A DNA stretch of 64,000 nucleotides, from positions 86,680 to 150,679 of the forward strand of contig CAYZWT010000002.1 of NCBI GenBank assembly GCA_964482225.1. The letters run 5' to 3'. Made by a program: the position numbers and the translations under genes. This DNA is from an uncultured Anaerolineales bacterium (GTDB taxonomy: Bacteria > Chloroflexota > Anaerolineae > UBA1429). Shown here piece after piece: positions 1 through 9,995 of the stretch (within the stretch, counting starts at the first letter, position 1; each line of letters begins with the position of its first letter). The notes beneath the pieces are model-generated. The model did not search any database. It saw nothing but the letters and a program-made list of their open reading frames with translations, and was not told where the DNA came from.

Positions 1-1395
1 GCACTGACGGGGGCGATTCCGCCAGAGCTCGGGCTGGGTCTGCCGAATCTCAAGGTGCTATATCTCAACAACAATCAATTGAGCGGCTCGATCCCGGCTA
101 CTTTTGGCAGCCTGCAGGGTATCCTCACCATGGATCTGTCGAGCAATCAACTCAGTGGTCCGATTCCGACCGAACTGGGCGACCTCAGGTACATGCGCGC
201 GCTATCTCTCTCTCGCAACCAGCTCAGCGGGCCGATTCCGGCCAGCCTGGGAGATCTGGAGAGCCTGGACTTGGCCCTGTACCTCTCTGGGAATCAGCTT
301 AGTGGCCCCATCCCGCCGGAGTTGGGCAACCTGACCAAATTGCCTAGCCTGGACCTGCGGAACAACCGTCTCAGCGGGCCCATTCCACCAGAGCTGGCCA
401 ATATGACGAGCCTGCGGAGCTTCTCTCTGGAGAACAACCTCCTCAGTGGGTCCATCCCGCCTGAGCTGGCGAACCTGGGGAACTTGGCGGGCCTCAATCT
501 CTCGAACAACCGGCTCAGTGGGCACATTCCGCCTGAGCTGGGTACGATGGGCGGCTTGTCGACGCTGCGCCTGGACAACAACCGGTTGAGCGGGCCCATC
601 CCACCAGAGCTGGGTACGATGGGCGGCCTGTCCACCTTGCGCCTGGACAACAACCGGCTAACGGGGACCATTCCTGCGGAGCTGGGCGATCTGGCCAATC
701 TGTTCAGCCTGACGCTGAACCACAACTCGTTGGTGGGGCCTATCCCGGCCAGCATCACGCAACTGAACAAGCTGGACCAAAGCAATCCTACCAGCTACCC
801 CACCGATTTCGGCCACAACCATCTCTGGACGGACGCCCCTGCCGTTCTGGCCTATCTCGATGGTGTGGATCCCGGTTGGGCCGAGACCCAGGACGTCGCT
901 ACGCTCTGGGTGGACGCCGGCGACGAAGGGGAGTTCGCTTGGGCGGGGGCGCTGGGCGACCAGGCCACGATCCAGGTGCCCGCCGGGGCGATCACCGAGC
1001 CGCTGACCCTGGTCTATCTGCCGCTGGCCGATAACTATGGCTTGCTTGGCGATGCGCGCTCGGCGGGCCTGCGCTTTGACCTATCGGCCTATCGCGACGG
1101 GCAGCGCCTGGACGGCCCAGCCCTGGCGCTGCCGGTGACGATCACGCTGACCTATCGCGACGCAGGGGTGCTTTGGCTGGACGAGGAGGCCCTGGCCCTC
1201 CTGGTTCGCGAGGGCGACGATTGGTTGGACGCGGCCACCACTTGCGATCCGCCCTCTGCCTATATGCGCGATGCAGTTGCGAACGAGGTGCGTGTGGCCG
1301 TGTGCCGCCTCGGTGTGTACGCCCTGGCGGGGCCATTGCGGGAGGGGCTCACTCTACGGACCAGCCAGCTCCCCATCATACGCAGTCCCTGGTGA
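1..1395 (+). CDS. Plant-type leucine-rich repeat protein (5'-truncated at window edge). 24-residue LxxLxLxxNxLSGxIPxxLGxLxxL units followed by a non-LRR C-terminal domain of about 200 aa
   Basis: The frame is open from nt 1 and reads ALTGAIPPELG. Then come at least 10 tandem 24-aa units with conserved N, LSG and IP positions. Stop is at 1395. The tool's start at 55 is an internal GTG. Confidence 0.8.
   Translation, partial: ALTGAIPPELGLGLPNLKVLYLNNNQLSGSIPATFGSLQGILTMDLSSNQLSGPIPTELGDLRYMRALSLSRNQLSGPIPASLGDLESLDLALYLSGNQLSGPIPPELGNLTKLPSLDLRNNRLSGPIPPELANMTSLRSFSLENNLLSGSIPPELANLGNLAGLNLSNNRLSGHIPPELGTMGGLSTLRLDNNRLSGPIPPELGTMGGLSTLRLDNNRLTGTIPAELGDLANLFSLTLNHNSLVGPIPASITQLNKLDQSNPTSYPTDFGHNHLWTDAPAVLAYLDGVDPGWAETQDVATLWVDAGDEGEFAWAGALGDQATIQVPAGAITEPLTLVYLPLADNYGLLGDARSAGLRFDLSAYRDGQRLDGPALALPVTITLTYRDAGVLWLDEEALALLVREGDDWLDAATTCDPPSAYMRDAVANEVRVAVCRLGVYALAGPLREGLTLRTSQLPIIRSPW
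529..672 (+). repeat. Near-identical tandem 72-bp duplication inside the LRR array. It encodes PPELGTMGGLSTLRLDNNRL(S/T)G twice
   Basis: Direct comparison of nt 529-600 with 601-672 shows about 90% nucleotide identity. Confidence 0.8.
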
Positions 1396-1417
1396 GTTGT
1401 GCGGGGCGCTGTTGCGC

Positions 1418-2166
1418 CTATAGCCCCAACAGCCGCCGCGTCTCGGCCACATGGTCCGTGATGATGGCGTCCACGCCCAGGGCGGCCATGCGACGGATGT
1501 CGGCGGGCTCGTTGACCGTCCAGACGTTGACCCGATAGCCTTTGCGGCGGGCCCAGGCCATATAGGCGGCGTCCACCATGCTGTGGTGCGGGTGCAGCGC
1601 CTGGGGCGCGACGAAATAGCGCCCCCAGGCGCGCCGCAAGGGCAGGGGCATGTCGCCCGCATAGAGCAGGGCGCGGGCCAGCCCCGGCGCGGCGCGGCGC
1701 ATGCGCCAGAGGGCCGCCGGGTTGAAGGAGGAGATGATCGCCTCGGCCAAGAGGCCGCGCTGGGCCAGCATGGCGGCGATCTCGGCCTCGATGCCGTCCG
1801 AGCCCAGGCTACGCCCCTTGATCTCGATGTTGAACCGCAAACGGTGGCCCATGCGCTCCAGCACCTCTTCCAGCAAGGGCAGCCGCTCGCCGGCGTAGCG
1901 CTCGTCGAACCAGCTTCCCGCGTCCAGGGCGCGCAGCGCGTCCAGAGATAGCGCATCGGCCCGACCCACGCCATCGGTGGTGCGATCCACCGTGTCATCG
2001 TGGATCACGATGATCTCGCCGGTGGCGCAGCGCGATACATCCAGCTCGATGGCGTCGGCCCCTAGCGCGCTCGCGGCCTCAAAGGCGGCCAGGGTGTTCT
2101 CCGGGGCCACGTCCTTGGCCCCGCGATGGGCCATCACCAACGGACGATCCAGGTAAAAGCTCTCCA
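1418..2166 (-). CDS. Glycerophosphodiester phosphodiesterase (GDPD family)
   Basis: MESFYLDRPLVMAHRGA...ENTLAAFEAA...ELDV...HDDTVDRTT is a typical GDPD N-terminus. I chose the internal Met as start; the tool's ORF had a 20-aa extension. Confidence 0.75.
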
Positions 2167-2193
2167 TGCCTGCCTCCCACTGCTGCTTGCGCG

Positions 2194-3261
2194 TCAGGGC
2201 GCATCCCAGGGGAATGTGCGCCCCAGCCACTCGGTTGGATCCACGGCCACGCCCGCCACCCGTAGCTCCCAGTGCAGGTGCGAGCCCGTCACCAGGCCGG
2301 TGGCGCCCACGGCGCCGAGCTGTTCTCCTGCCTGCACGACTTGTCCCAACTCGACCTGAATCTCATCCAGGTGAAAATAGCCACTCAACAAGGCTCCGCC
2401 ATGATCCAGGATCACGGCGCGCCCGCGCACCTGCAATTCCTCCGCCAGAACGACGACCCCGGGGGCAGGGGCGTAGACCGGCTCGCCGGTGGCGCCGCTG
2501 ATATCCAGACCGGCGTGGAACGAGGACAGGGTCGTGCCATACATACGCCGCGAGCCAAAGGGCGAGGTGATGCGCCCCTCGCGGGGCCATGCCAAGCCAC
2601 CGCTCCAGAACAGCAGGGGGCTGCGGGTCTGAAAGACCTCGGCCACGCGCTCGGCCTCTGGCCGGGCGATCTCGGGGGCCAGCAGCGCCTCGGTGCTGGG
2701 CTCAAAGGTCAGGCTCTCGCTACGGAACTCGCCCAACACGGTATACAGACGGGTCTCCAATTGCGCCGATGGCCCATCCTCGGCATAGCAGGCGGCGCGC
2801 AGGGCGTGGGCCCCCTCGCCAGCGATGGCGCTGATGCCCACCAACCCGGCGTACAAGCCCGGCGCGATCTCGACCATGTACAGTTGCTGGTCACCCAGCC
2901 AGGCCGTGGCGCTACAGGCGCGGCTGGCCCGGATGGTGAGCACGGCCGTGCGCCCCTCCACCACCACGGGCGGCTCTACCAATACCTCGATAGCCAGCGG
3001 CACAGGGGTGGCCGTCGGCGTGGGGCTGGGGCTGGGCGTCACAGTCGGCGTCGCTGTGGGGGTCGCCGTGGGTGTCGCCGTCGGGGTAAAGGTTGGCGTC
3101 AGCGTGGGCGTGGCCGTCTCGGTGGGGCGCAGCGTCGCCGTGGGCTGCCAGAAGGCCATGAGCGGACCCTCGCCTGCGCATCCGGCGCAGAGCGCAGCCG
3201 AGAGCAAGAGAACGAGGCAGGCTCGCTGGATGCGCAGACCCCCGGCGCTAGCTGCGGACAC
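2194..3261 (-). CDS. M23 family metallopeptidase, probable lipoprotein with a PT-rich linker
   Basis: Signal peptide with lipobox LCAGC. Linker (TPTA)n. C-terminal HAGLDI...GSHLHWE M23 motifs. GTG start with GGAGGA RBS. Confidence 0.75.
   Translation of the reverse strand: MSAASAGGLRIQRACLVLLLSAALCAGCAGEGPLMAFWQPTATLRPTETATPTLTPTFTPTATPTATPTATPTVTPSPSPTPTATPVPLAIEVLVEPPVVVEGRTAVLTIRASRACSATAWLGDQQLYMVEIAPGLYAGLVGISAIAGEGAHALRAACYAEDGPSAQLETRLYTVLGEFRSESLTFEPSTEALLAPEIARPEAERVAEVFQTRSPLLFWSGGLAWPREGRITSPFGSRRMYGTTLSSFHAGLDISGATGEPVYAPAPGVVVLAEELQVRGRAVILDHGGALLSGYFHLDEIQVELGQVVQAGEQLGAVGATGLVTGSHLHWELRVAGVAVDPTEWLGRTFPWDAP
3003..3123 (-). repeat. Low-complexity Pro/Thr/Ala-coding simple repeat within the M23 peptidase gene
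   Basis: Iterated ggcgtcgccgtggg-like units encode TPTATPTATPTATPTVTPSPSPT. Confidence 0.6.
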
Positions 3262-5335
3262 GGGTCTTGTCCTCCAGGCGCGCCCGCGCCTTGGCTGATC
3301 CCGAGGTCATCGGCTCGTGCAGGTCGCCCAGGCCCAGGTCGTCCATGCGTTCGCGCGTGGGCACGCCCGTCTCCACATCCCAGCCGAACAGGCGATAGTA
3401 CTCGTCCATCACGGGCCGAAAGGCCTGGCGATCCAGGGCCTGCTTTTCGCCCAGCAGGGGGTTCACCCAGTTCTCCTCATAGTCGAAGGCAGGCAGCACG
3501 CTCTCGTCCATCTGGCGGTCACGGCCCCAGTGTCGCACGCACAGGGCCCGCTCCAGGGTATAGATGCGCTCGGCGGCGCGGTCAAAGTCGGCCTCTCGCC
3601 AGTCCACGCCCGTCCCCAGTCGGAAGAGGTGGCAATCCACCGAGGGGCCCTCGACTAGACCCAGTTCGCCGGGGCCCTGCACGCGAAAGTAGCGGTCGTC
3701 GGTGGTGACGCTATAGATCAGCGGGAACACCTGATCGTCGGTGGGCAGCGAGTCCTTCATCACCGAGCGCCGGTCGTGGTAGAACGCCGGATACGCTTTG
3801 GCCTGGTAGCCGCTGTGGGGGTCCAGGGCCTCGGGCGTGCCATACACCTGCTGGCTGATGCCGCGAATCTGCTCCCAGGAGATGGGCGGCTTGTCCTTGT
3901 GCATCGGGTTCAGGGGGCTCCAGCGCATAATGTTCTGGACATAACCGTGGCTGCTGCTATAGGGGTCGCGGGTATCGGTGGACCATTGTAGCGCCGAGAC
4001 CAGCCAGTAGGGATAGACCAGGTGGTTGGCCCAGCAGGCGTGGCCGTCCCAATGGCCGCCAAAGCCCCAACCGGTGTAGCAGCGCGGAAGCAGGGCGGTG
4101 GCAAGGCCGAGCCGGTGAGCGGCGCGCACGCCCCCCTCGGCCAGCGTGTCGCCGATCCCCTCGCGATAGGCGATGGCGTGCAACAGGTGCGCCCAAAACT
4201 CAGAGTTGCGCCAGTCTATTGCCATGCCATTGATCTCGGAGATCAGGCCGGCCCGCCGGGCGCGCTCCAGCCAGGGCGCCATGCCGATGATCAGCTCCCA
4301 CTGGTTGAGCCCGTAGCGGTTGCTGAGCACGTTCAGCTCTAGGCCGCCGTAATCGCCCATCTGCCAGTCGTACAGGCCGTCGTGGCCGATGGGGCCGCCC
4401 TCGGGCATGCCGCGAAAGAGCGTGCCCACGCACACCCAATGCCCCTCCCAGGTGCGTTCGGGATAAGCGACGCCGGGCATGCCGCTATAGTAGCGGTTGC
4501 AGGGCGTGGGGCAGGCGGCGGTGCAGGCATACGGGCGCACGCGCCCGCCCCGGTTGCACGCCAGGGCCTCATTCTGGGCCTTGAGGTCGGGCACCGGGCG
4601 GTAGGCGCGGATCTCGCCCGCCACCGCCTGCAAGAGGCCATCCAGAAGCTCGGGCTCGGCCACGGGCACTTTGCCGCTGCCCTGCACCGAGATCGCCTTG
4701 AGCCTCTTTGCGCCCATGACGGCCCCAAAGCCGCCCTGGCCCGCCGTGGAGGAGGTGCCGGTGTGGATGGTGGCGATGCGGCTGAGGCGCTCGCCCGCCG
4801 GGCCGATGCACAGGGTGCGCAGCCCTTGGCCCAGGTCGCGCTCAATGGCCTCCTGGGTATCAAAGCTATCCAATCCCCACAGATCATCGGCGGGCGCGAT
4901 GGCAACCACGTCATCCCGAATGATGATCTGCACGGGCGTGTCGCTGGCGCCGGTGACCACCAGGCCGTCGTAACCGGCGCGCTTGAGCTCGGAGCCCCAG
5001 TGGTGGCCGATGTTGGCGCGGGTGTACCAGTTGTAGGGGTATGCCTGGGGGCTGAACCCACAGATGCTCGTGCGCCCCGAGTAGGGCGAGCGGGTGCCCG
5101 TCAGCGCTCCGGTGACGATGATCAGCGGGCTGGCGGGGTCAAAAGGGTCCACCGGCTCGGGACAGTCGTCCCAGGCGATGCGGGCGGCGACGCCGCGCCC
5201 CCCGATATAGTCAGGGATATAGCGCTCCAAGGGCTCGACCGAGAGGCGGGCATCGGAGAGGTCAATACGCAAAAGACGATTGGACCACCCAAAGCGCGGG
5301 GCAAAGCGAGGCATAGTGGCGGTGACGGGCTTCAT
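3248..5335 (-). CDS. Aldehyde:ferredoxin oxidoreductase family protein (tungsten/molybdopterin AOR type)
   Basis: Shares the AOR-family N-terminal motif (LLRIDLS...YIGGRGVAARI) over about 695 aa. Start reassigned to the ATG preceded by GGAGGAT. The 3' end overlaps the M23 gene by 14 nt. Confidence 0.7.
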   Translation of the reverse strand: MKPVTATMPRFAPRFGWSNRLLRIDLSDARLSVEPLERYIPDYIGGRGVAARIAWDDCPEPVDPFDPASPLIIVTGALTGTRSPYSGRTSICGFSPQAYPYNWYTRANIGHHWGSELKRAGYDGLVVTGASDTPVQIIIRDDVVAIAPADDLWGLDSFDTQEAIERDLGQGLRTLCIGPAGERLSRIATIHTGTSSTAGQGGFGAVMGAKRLKAISVQGSGKVPVAEPELLDGLLQAVAGEIRAYRPVPDLKAQNEALACNRGGRVRPYACTAACPTPCNRYYSGMPGVAYPERTWEGHWVCVGTLFRGMPEGGPIGHDGLYDWQMGDYGGLELNVLSNRYGLNQWELIIGMAPWLERARRAGLISEINGMAIDWRNSEFWAHLLHAIAYREGIGDTLAEGGVRAAHRLGLATALLPRCYTGWGFGGHWDGHACWANHLVYPYWLVSALQWSTDTRDPYSSSHGYVQNIMRWSPLNPMHKDKPPISWEQIRGISQQVYGTPEALDPHSGYQAKAYPAFYHDRRSVMKDSLPTDDQVFPLIYSVTTDDRYFRVQGPGELGLVEGPSVDCHLFRLGTGVDWREADFDRAAERIYTLERALCVRHWGRDRQMDESVLPAFDYEENWVNPLLGEKQALDRQAFRPVMDEYYRLFGWDVETGVPTRERMDDLGLGDLHEPMTSGSAKARARLEDKTRVRS

Positions 5336-5434
5336 GATCCTCCCTGTGGGTGCGCCAAGCAGATAACTGTGCGATCGCATGGCCCCGATTATGGCGGTTC
5401 TGGCCCGCAGCGTCAACTGTGCGCCCTGCCCCCC

Positions 5435-6634
5435 TCACTCGGCGGGCGGCTCTTTGCGGCGGGCGGGGCCATCGGCCAGGGATGCGCGGGTGATGGCCTC
5501 GCGCCCATAGCGGGCGCGAATCTGGTCTAGCGTGCGGCTCAGCCGCGCGCTACGCAAGTCGCTGTGGTCGAACAGGTCGAGCTGGTAGCCTCCCTCGCTG
5601 AGCAGCCCGCTGGCCCCCAGACCGATCAGCCGCACGGCGCGATAGTGGTTCCAATGTGCATCCAGCAGCGCGATGGCCTGGCTGTAGAGCAGCTCTGCCT
5701 GGTCTGTGGGCTGCTCCAGGGTCACCTGGCGCGTCAGGGTCTCGAAATCCTCATAGCGCAGCTTGATGCGCACGGTCTGGGCCACCAGGGCCTCGCTCCG
5801 CAGGCCGGCTGCCAGGTGGTCGGCCATGGAGAGGAGCGTCAGCCGCAAGAGTCGCGGATCGTTCACATCGCGTGCAAAGGTGCGCTCCTGGCTGATGGAG
5901 CGCCGATCGTGCCCGGTCTGCACCGGCGAGTCATCCAAGCCGCGCGCCGCCCGCGCAAGCTGGCGGCCGCTTTCGCCGAACAGACGCGCCAGCTCTGCCT
6001 CGGAGCGCTGGGCCAGCTCCCCGATCGCGCCGACTCCGATGGCGCGCAGGCGACGGCCCGTAACCTCGCCCACACCCCAGAGCGCTTCGATGGGCAACGG
6101 CGCCAGAAAGGCGGCCTCTTGTCCGGGCGGCACGACGACCAGCCCATGGGGCTTGCCCATAGAGCAGGCGATTTTGGCCACGAGCTTGTTGGTCGCTACG
6201 CCCAGCGAGCAGGGCAGCCCGCATTCATCGCTCACACGGCGCTGGATCTGCCGTGCGACCTCGGGTATGGGGCCCCACATGGTCTCGTAACCGGTGAGAT
6301 CCAGAAACGCCTCATCGATCGAGAGCTGCTCGACAAGGGGCGTGTAGCCCTCCAGCAGGGCCATGACGGCGCGCGAGTGTTCCCCATAGACGCCATGACG
6401 CGGGGAGACACGGATGGCGTGCGGGCAAAGGCGCAGCGCCTGGGCCACTGGCATGGCCGAGCGCACCCCGCAGGCGCGCGCCTCGTATGAGGCTGAAGAG
6501 ACCACGCCCCGGCCCTCAGGCGAGCCACCAATGATGACGGGCTGTCCTCGCAGCGCAGGATCGAGCAATACCTCAACCGAGGCAAAGAATGCGTCGAGAT
6601 CCAGGTGTATGATCTGGCGTACGGCAGGCGCCAT
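5435..6634 (-). CDS. dinB: DNA polymerase IV (Y-family, DinB)
   Basis: MAPAVRQIIHLDLDAFFASVE...PVIIGG is the canonical DinB N-terminus. Start moved to this Met; the tool's ORF had a 51-aa extension. Confidence 0.85.
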   Translation of the reverse strand: MAPAVRQIIHLDLDAFFASVEVLLDPALRGQPVIIGGSPEGRGVVSSASYEARACGVRSAMPVAQALRLCPHAIRVSPRHGVYGEHSRAVMALLEGYTPLVEQLSIDEAFLDLTGYETMWGPIPEVARQIQRRVSDECGLPCSLGVATNKLVAKIACSMGKPHGLVVVPPGQEAAFLAPLPIEALWGVGEVTGRRLRAIGVGAIGELAQRSEAELARLFGESGRQLARAARGLDDSPVQTGHDRRSISQERTFARDVNDPRLLRLTLLSMADHLAAGLRSEALVAQTVRIKLRYEDFETLTRQVTLEQPTDQAELLYSQAIALLDAHWNHYRAVRLIGLGASGLLSEGGYQLDLFDHSDLRSARLSRTLDQIRARYGREAITRASLADGPARRKEPPAE

Positions 6635-6825
6635 GTCGCCGCCTCCTGCTGGAGAGAGGGGATCGCTCCACTCGCAGTATAGCACAACAGCGCAGGGCCA
6701 AGCCGTGGGCTGCGTCCCACTTGGCAAGTGCGGGTCGCTTGCCCTGGCGCCGTGCACCCAAAGACGACGCACCCCCGCCTCCGTCAAGGATGCGAGGGTG
6801 CGCAGGGTGCAGGGGTCAGGATGGC

Positions 6826-8256
6826 TCAGGCGCCGATCTTTTCGACGACCAATTCGACGTGGAGCTGGTCGAACACGCTGTCAGGCTCGACCTGATCCTC
6901 TCGGTAGCCCACCTGGCGGATGGTGGCCACCAAACGGAGCGACTCGGTCTGTAGCGTAACGACCAGCCCCTCCTCGGCCAGCACCAACTCGCCCTTGCGC
7001 GCCAGCTTGGCGCTCAGATCGTCGTCGGTATAGGCGTATTCGCTGGCTACCACCTTGGACATGGTGCGGGTGCCCCGCGTCTCAAAGAGCCAGAGATCAA
7101 AGGCATCCACCAGCTGCGCCCCTTCGATGCCCAGCACGTCGCTGATCACGATGCCACACTGGCCGAGGAACTCGTGTTGGGGCGATTCGATGGTAAAGGC
7201 GTGGTAAAAGTCGTCATCACCAAATCGGTAAGTGGCCTCAAAGGTGGCAAGCGGCGCCGCGTCTTGCGCAGGGGGCGCCTGCGTGGCCGTCAGAGGCTCC
7301 TCCACCGGCTCCAAGTCATTGTCGTCAAGCTCGGGCAGATCTACAACGCGCGCAACCGTCTCTGTGGCCGCGACTGAGGGCTCGCCGGTGCTCTCCTCCA
7401 CGTGCCAGGCATCCTCGGGGGCCAGGTCGGGGCGCTGGGCCAGGGGCTGCTCCTCGTCGTCCTCCCACCCGTCCGGCTCTTCCTCTTGCTCCGGCTCATC
7501 CAGGTCGAACAGGTCCTCCTCTTCGCCCTCCAGATCGAGGGGGATCTCGTCCTCCTCCTCAGCCATAAAGGCGGCGTCGTCCCAACGGGGCAGTTCGTGC
7601 TCGGTGCGCTCTGTGGCGTGGATGCCCAGGTCGCCCGGGCCGGGCACCGGATCCAGCGATAGGGCGCGGCCGGGACGGGGCCGGCGCGGCTCGGCGGCCA
7701 ACGTCTGCTCTGAGCTCGACTCGTAGGTCCCCTCGCGCTTGCGCATCTCGTTGGTTACCAGCCAGATCACCAAGGCCAGCGCCAGCGCCACAATACCCAG
7801 GGTGACCAGAATCAGCGCCCAACGCGGGCTTGGCGAAGGGGCCTCTTCCGGCTCGGCCGTCGCTATGGGCGGGGCAGCCGGTTCGATGGGCAAGGGAAAG
7901 CTCTCGCGCATGCGGCGCACACGCAGCGCGGCGGCAGGGTTGCCCGTCTGCTCCAAGTCGTCGGCGGTCGCGGCGATGAGCGTATCCACGGAAGCCCAGT
8001 CATTGTCCTCATCCACCAACTGATGGAGCCGCTCGCGCGCCTCGTTTGCGTCGCCCGTCACGCTGTACGAGTCGGCTACCATAACGACGTACGCGCGCTG
8101 ATGCTCGGCGCGCAGGTCGGAAGGGTCGGTATCCTCCCATTGGGTGGGCCAGACCCGCCATGCCAACACGAGCCCGATGGCGAGCCCCAATAAAAAGGCC
8201 CCCGCGATCCAGCCCTTGCGTGGCGTGCGGCCTTCTGCTTCCGGTGCTATGGTCAT
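6826..8256 (-). CDS. Hypothetical membrane protein with two TM helices, a long acidic (D/E-rich) disordered segment and a C-terminal domain of about 150 aa
   Basis: ATG with GAGGTG RBS. Hydrophobic segments at about residues 16-34 and 150-170. A 100-aa stretch is about 40% D/E. No family recognised. Confidence 0.55.
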   Translation of the reverse strand: MTIAPEAEGRTPRKGWIAGAFLLGLAIGLVLAWRVWPTQWEDTDPSDLRAEHQRAYVVMVADSYSVTGDANEARERLHQLVDEDNDWASVDTLIAATADDLEQTGNPAAALRVRRMRESFPLPIEPAAPPIATAEPEEAPSPSPRWALILVTLGIVALALALVIWLVTNEMRKREGTYESSSEQTLAAEPRRPRPGRALSLDPVPGPGDLGIHATERTEHELPRWDDAAFMAEEEDEIPLDLEGEEEDLFDLDEPEQEEEPDGWEDDEEQPLAQRPDLAPEDAWHVEESTGEPSVAATETVARVVDLPELDDNDLEPVEEPLTATQAPPAQDAAPLATFEATYRFGDDDFYHAFTIESPQHEFLGQCGIVISDVLGIEGAQLVDAFDLWLFETRGTRTMSKVVASEYAYTDDDLSAKLARKGELVLAEEGLVVTLQTESLRLVATIRQVGYREDQVEPDSVFDQLHVELVVEKIGA

Positions 8257-8392
8257 CTTTTCACCTCATGGTACGCGGTAGACGGCCCTGCCGGCCTCCT
8301 GAGTCTGCGCCCATCATAACACGTACTCGCGCAATGTTCAAGGATATGCGGGCGTTGATCTCCCAGGCCGCAGCGCTTTCCGAGCTGCATTC

Positions 8393-9466
8393 TCACCTGC
8401 CGGCAACGACCGGCTCTTTGCGGGCGCGCGTCAGGATGCGGCAGCCCGTTGCTCCGACGACGACCATATCCTCGATGCGGATGCCGCCCCAGCCGGGGAT
8501 ATAGATGCCTGGTTCCACGGTGAGCACCATGCCCGCGGGCAGCTCGCCAGGATAGACCATGCTGGCGCGGGGCTCTTCATGGATGGCCAGACCTACGCCG
8601 TGGCCCAGCCCATGCCCAAACTGTCCCTCATAGCCTGCGCCATAGATCAGATCTCGCGCAATGGCATCGGCCTGGATGCCGGTCATGCCCGCGCGGATCT
8701 GGCGCTCGGCGGCCTGTTGGGCCTCTAGCACGGTGTGCCACACGCTCAGGTAGCGTTCGTCGGCCTCGCCGATGCAAAAGGAACGCGTGATGTCAGAGCA
8801 GTAGCCATCCACCCGCGCCCCCATATCAATCACAACCGGCTCGCCCCGCCGGATGGGCCGGTCGGTTACCACGGCGTGTGACATGGCGCCGTGGGGGCCG
8901 GCCGCCACGATGGTGGTAAAAGCCAGCGCCTCGGCGCCGTGGGTGCGCATGTGCACCTCGAGCTCCCAGGCCACCTGGCGCTCGGTCATGCCGGGCCGAA
9001 TGGTATCCATGAGATGCTCGATGGCCTCATCGGCCACGCGCACGGCCTCGATGATGGCGGCCAGCTCGCCCTCGTCCTTGATGGCGCGCAGCCCCTCCAC
9101 CAGCCCCGTGGTCGGAACCAGCTCACTCGCCGGCATGGCCTTGCGCCAGCTCTCATAGGTCTCGTAGGTGAGGGCGGCGCTCTCAAAGCCCACGCGCTTC
9201 AGGCCCAAGTCGGCGATCTCGCGCGCCAGCACCTGCTCCATCCGCTGGGGCGCCTCGACCAGCTCGAAATCGGGCGCTTGCTCGCGCACCTGCTCATAGT
9301 AGCGAAAGTCGGTCGCCAGCCTGGCCACCTGGGGCGTGATGATCAGCACCCCCGCCGACCCGGAAAAGCCGCTGAGATAGCGGCGGTTCTCGGGGCTGGC
9401 GATCAGGAGGCCGTCCAGCTCGTGTTGATCAAGGGTCTCGATCAGTCGCTGCATCCGTTGGTTCAT
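8393..9466 (-). CDS. M24 family Xaa-Pro aminopeptidase / proline dipeptidase
   Basis: N-terminal creatinase/prolidase domain (HELDGLLIASPENRRYLSGF) and C-terminal metal-binding HGxGHxxG...E motifs. GAGGGAG RBS. Confidence 0.8.
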   Translation of the reverse strand: MNQRMQRLIETLDQHELDGLLIASPENRRYLSGFSGSAGVLIITPQVARLATDFRYYEQVREQAPDFELVEAPQRMEQVLAREIADLGLKRVGFESAALTYETYESWRKAMPASELVPTTGLVEGLRAIKDEGELAAIIEAVRVADEAIEHLMDTIRPGMTERQVAWELEVHMRTHGAEALAFTTIVAAGPHGAMSHAVVTDRPIRRGEPVVIDMGARVDGYCSDITRSFCIGEADERYLSVWHTVLEAQQAAERQIRAGMTGIQADAIARDLIYGAGYEGQFGHGLGHGVGLAIHEEPRASMVYPGELPAGMVLTVEPGIYIPGWGGIRIEDMVVVGATGCRILTRARKEPVVAGR

Positions 9467-9499
9467 CCGATTTGCTCCCTCAATGCGCTCCGGCGACGC

Positions 9500-9985
9500 C
9501 TATTGCGCGTCGCCGCGTTGTGCCCGGCGCGCCAGCCTGGCCTGCTCTGGCAGCCTGTCCGCCGTCTCTTCGATGATCTCGACCAACATGCGAACGCCTT
9601 CTTCCACCAGCGGCCCGCAGCGCTGGTCGCTCTCGGCATAGCGCTCGCGCAAGGGGCGGCACACAGTCCCTCCATAGGCGGCGATGAACCGCTCTCGGTA
9701 GGCGCAGACGACCTCGTATAGCCACTTGTCGTCCTCTGCATTGGTTGTGCGGCCCCAGAGCGCCCCCAATATGATGGCGGCGCCGCCGAGCACGCCGCAA
9801 AGCTCTTCGCGGCATCCACCGACCCCGCCGCCAAAGGGGCAACTGACCTGAACCAAGAGCTCAGGGATTGGATGCAGGTAGTAATCGCCGACGGCGATCA
9901 CAGTAGCCTCGGATCAATGATACTTGGCTGCGAACACGCGCCCGGCATCGGCGGCCAATTCGTCAACGGTCTTGGTGATGGTCAT
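9500..9985 (-). CDS. C_GCAxxG_C_C family putative redox protein, proposed to read through an in-frame TGA (candidate selenocysteine at + strand 9914-9916)
   Basis: The tool's ORF (9500-9901, GTG start) is preceded in the same frame by ATG (9983-9985) with a strong AAGGAG RBS, then 23 sense codons, then TGA, then 4 codons to the GTG. The TGA falls where this family has a conserved N-terminal Cys (...KYH-U-SEATV versus the family's ..N-C-AQAV..). The 9500-9901 portion alone has confidence about 0.8. Confidence 0.45.
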
Positions 9986-9995
9986 GGATCGCTCC

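Noticed and set aside
2272-3708. 478-aa + strand ORF
   Set aside because: Antisense to the M23 peptidase and AOR genes. Arg/Gly/Pro-rich low-complexity translation typical of high-GC antisense frames. No RBS.
4382-5530. 382-aa + strand ORF
   Set aside because: Antisense to the AOR gene, which has clear family motifs. Ala/Gly/Arg-rich translation.
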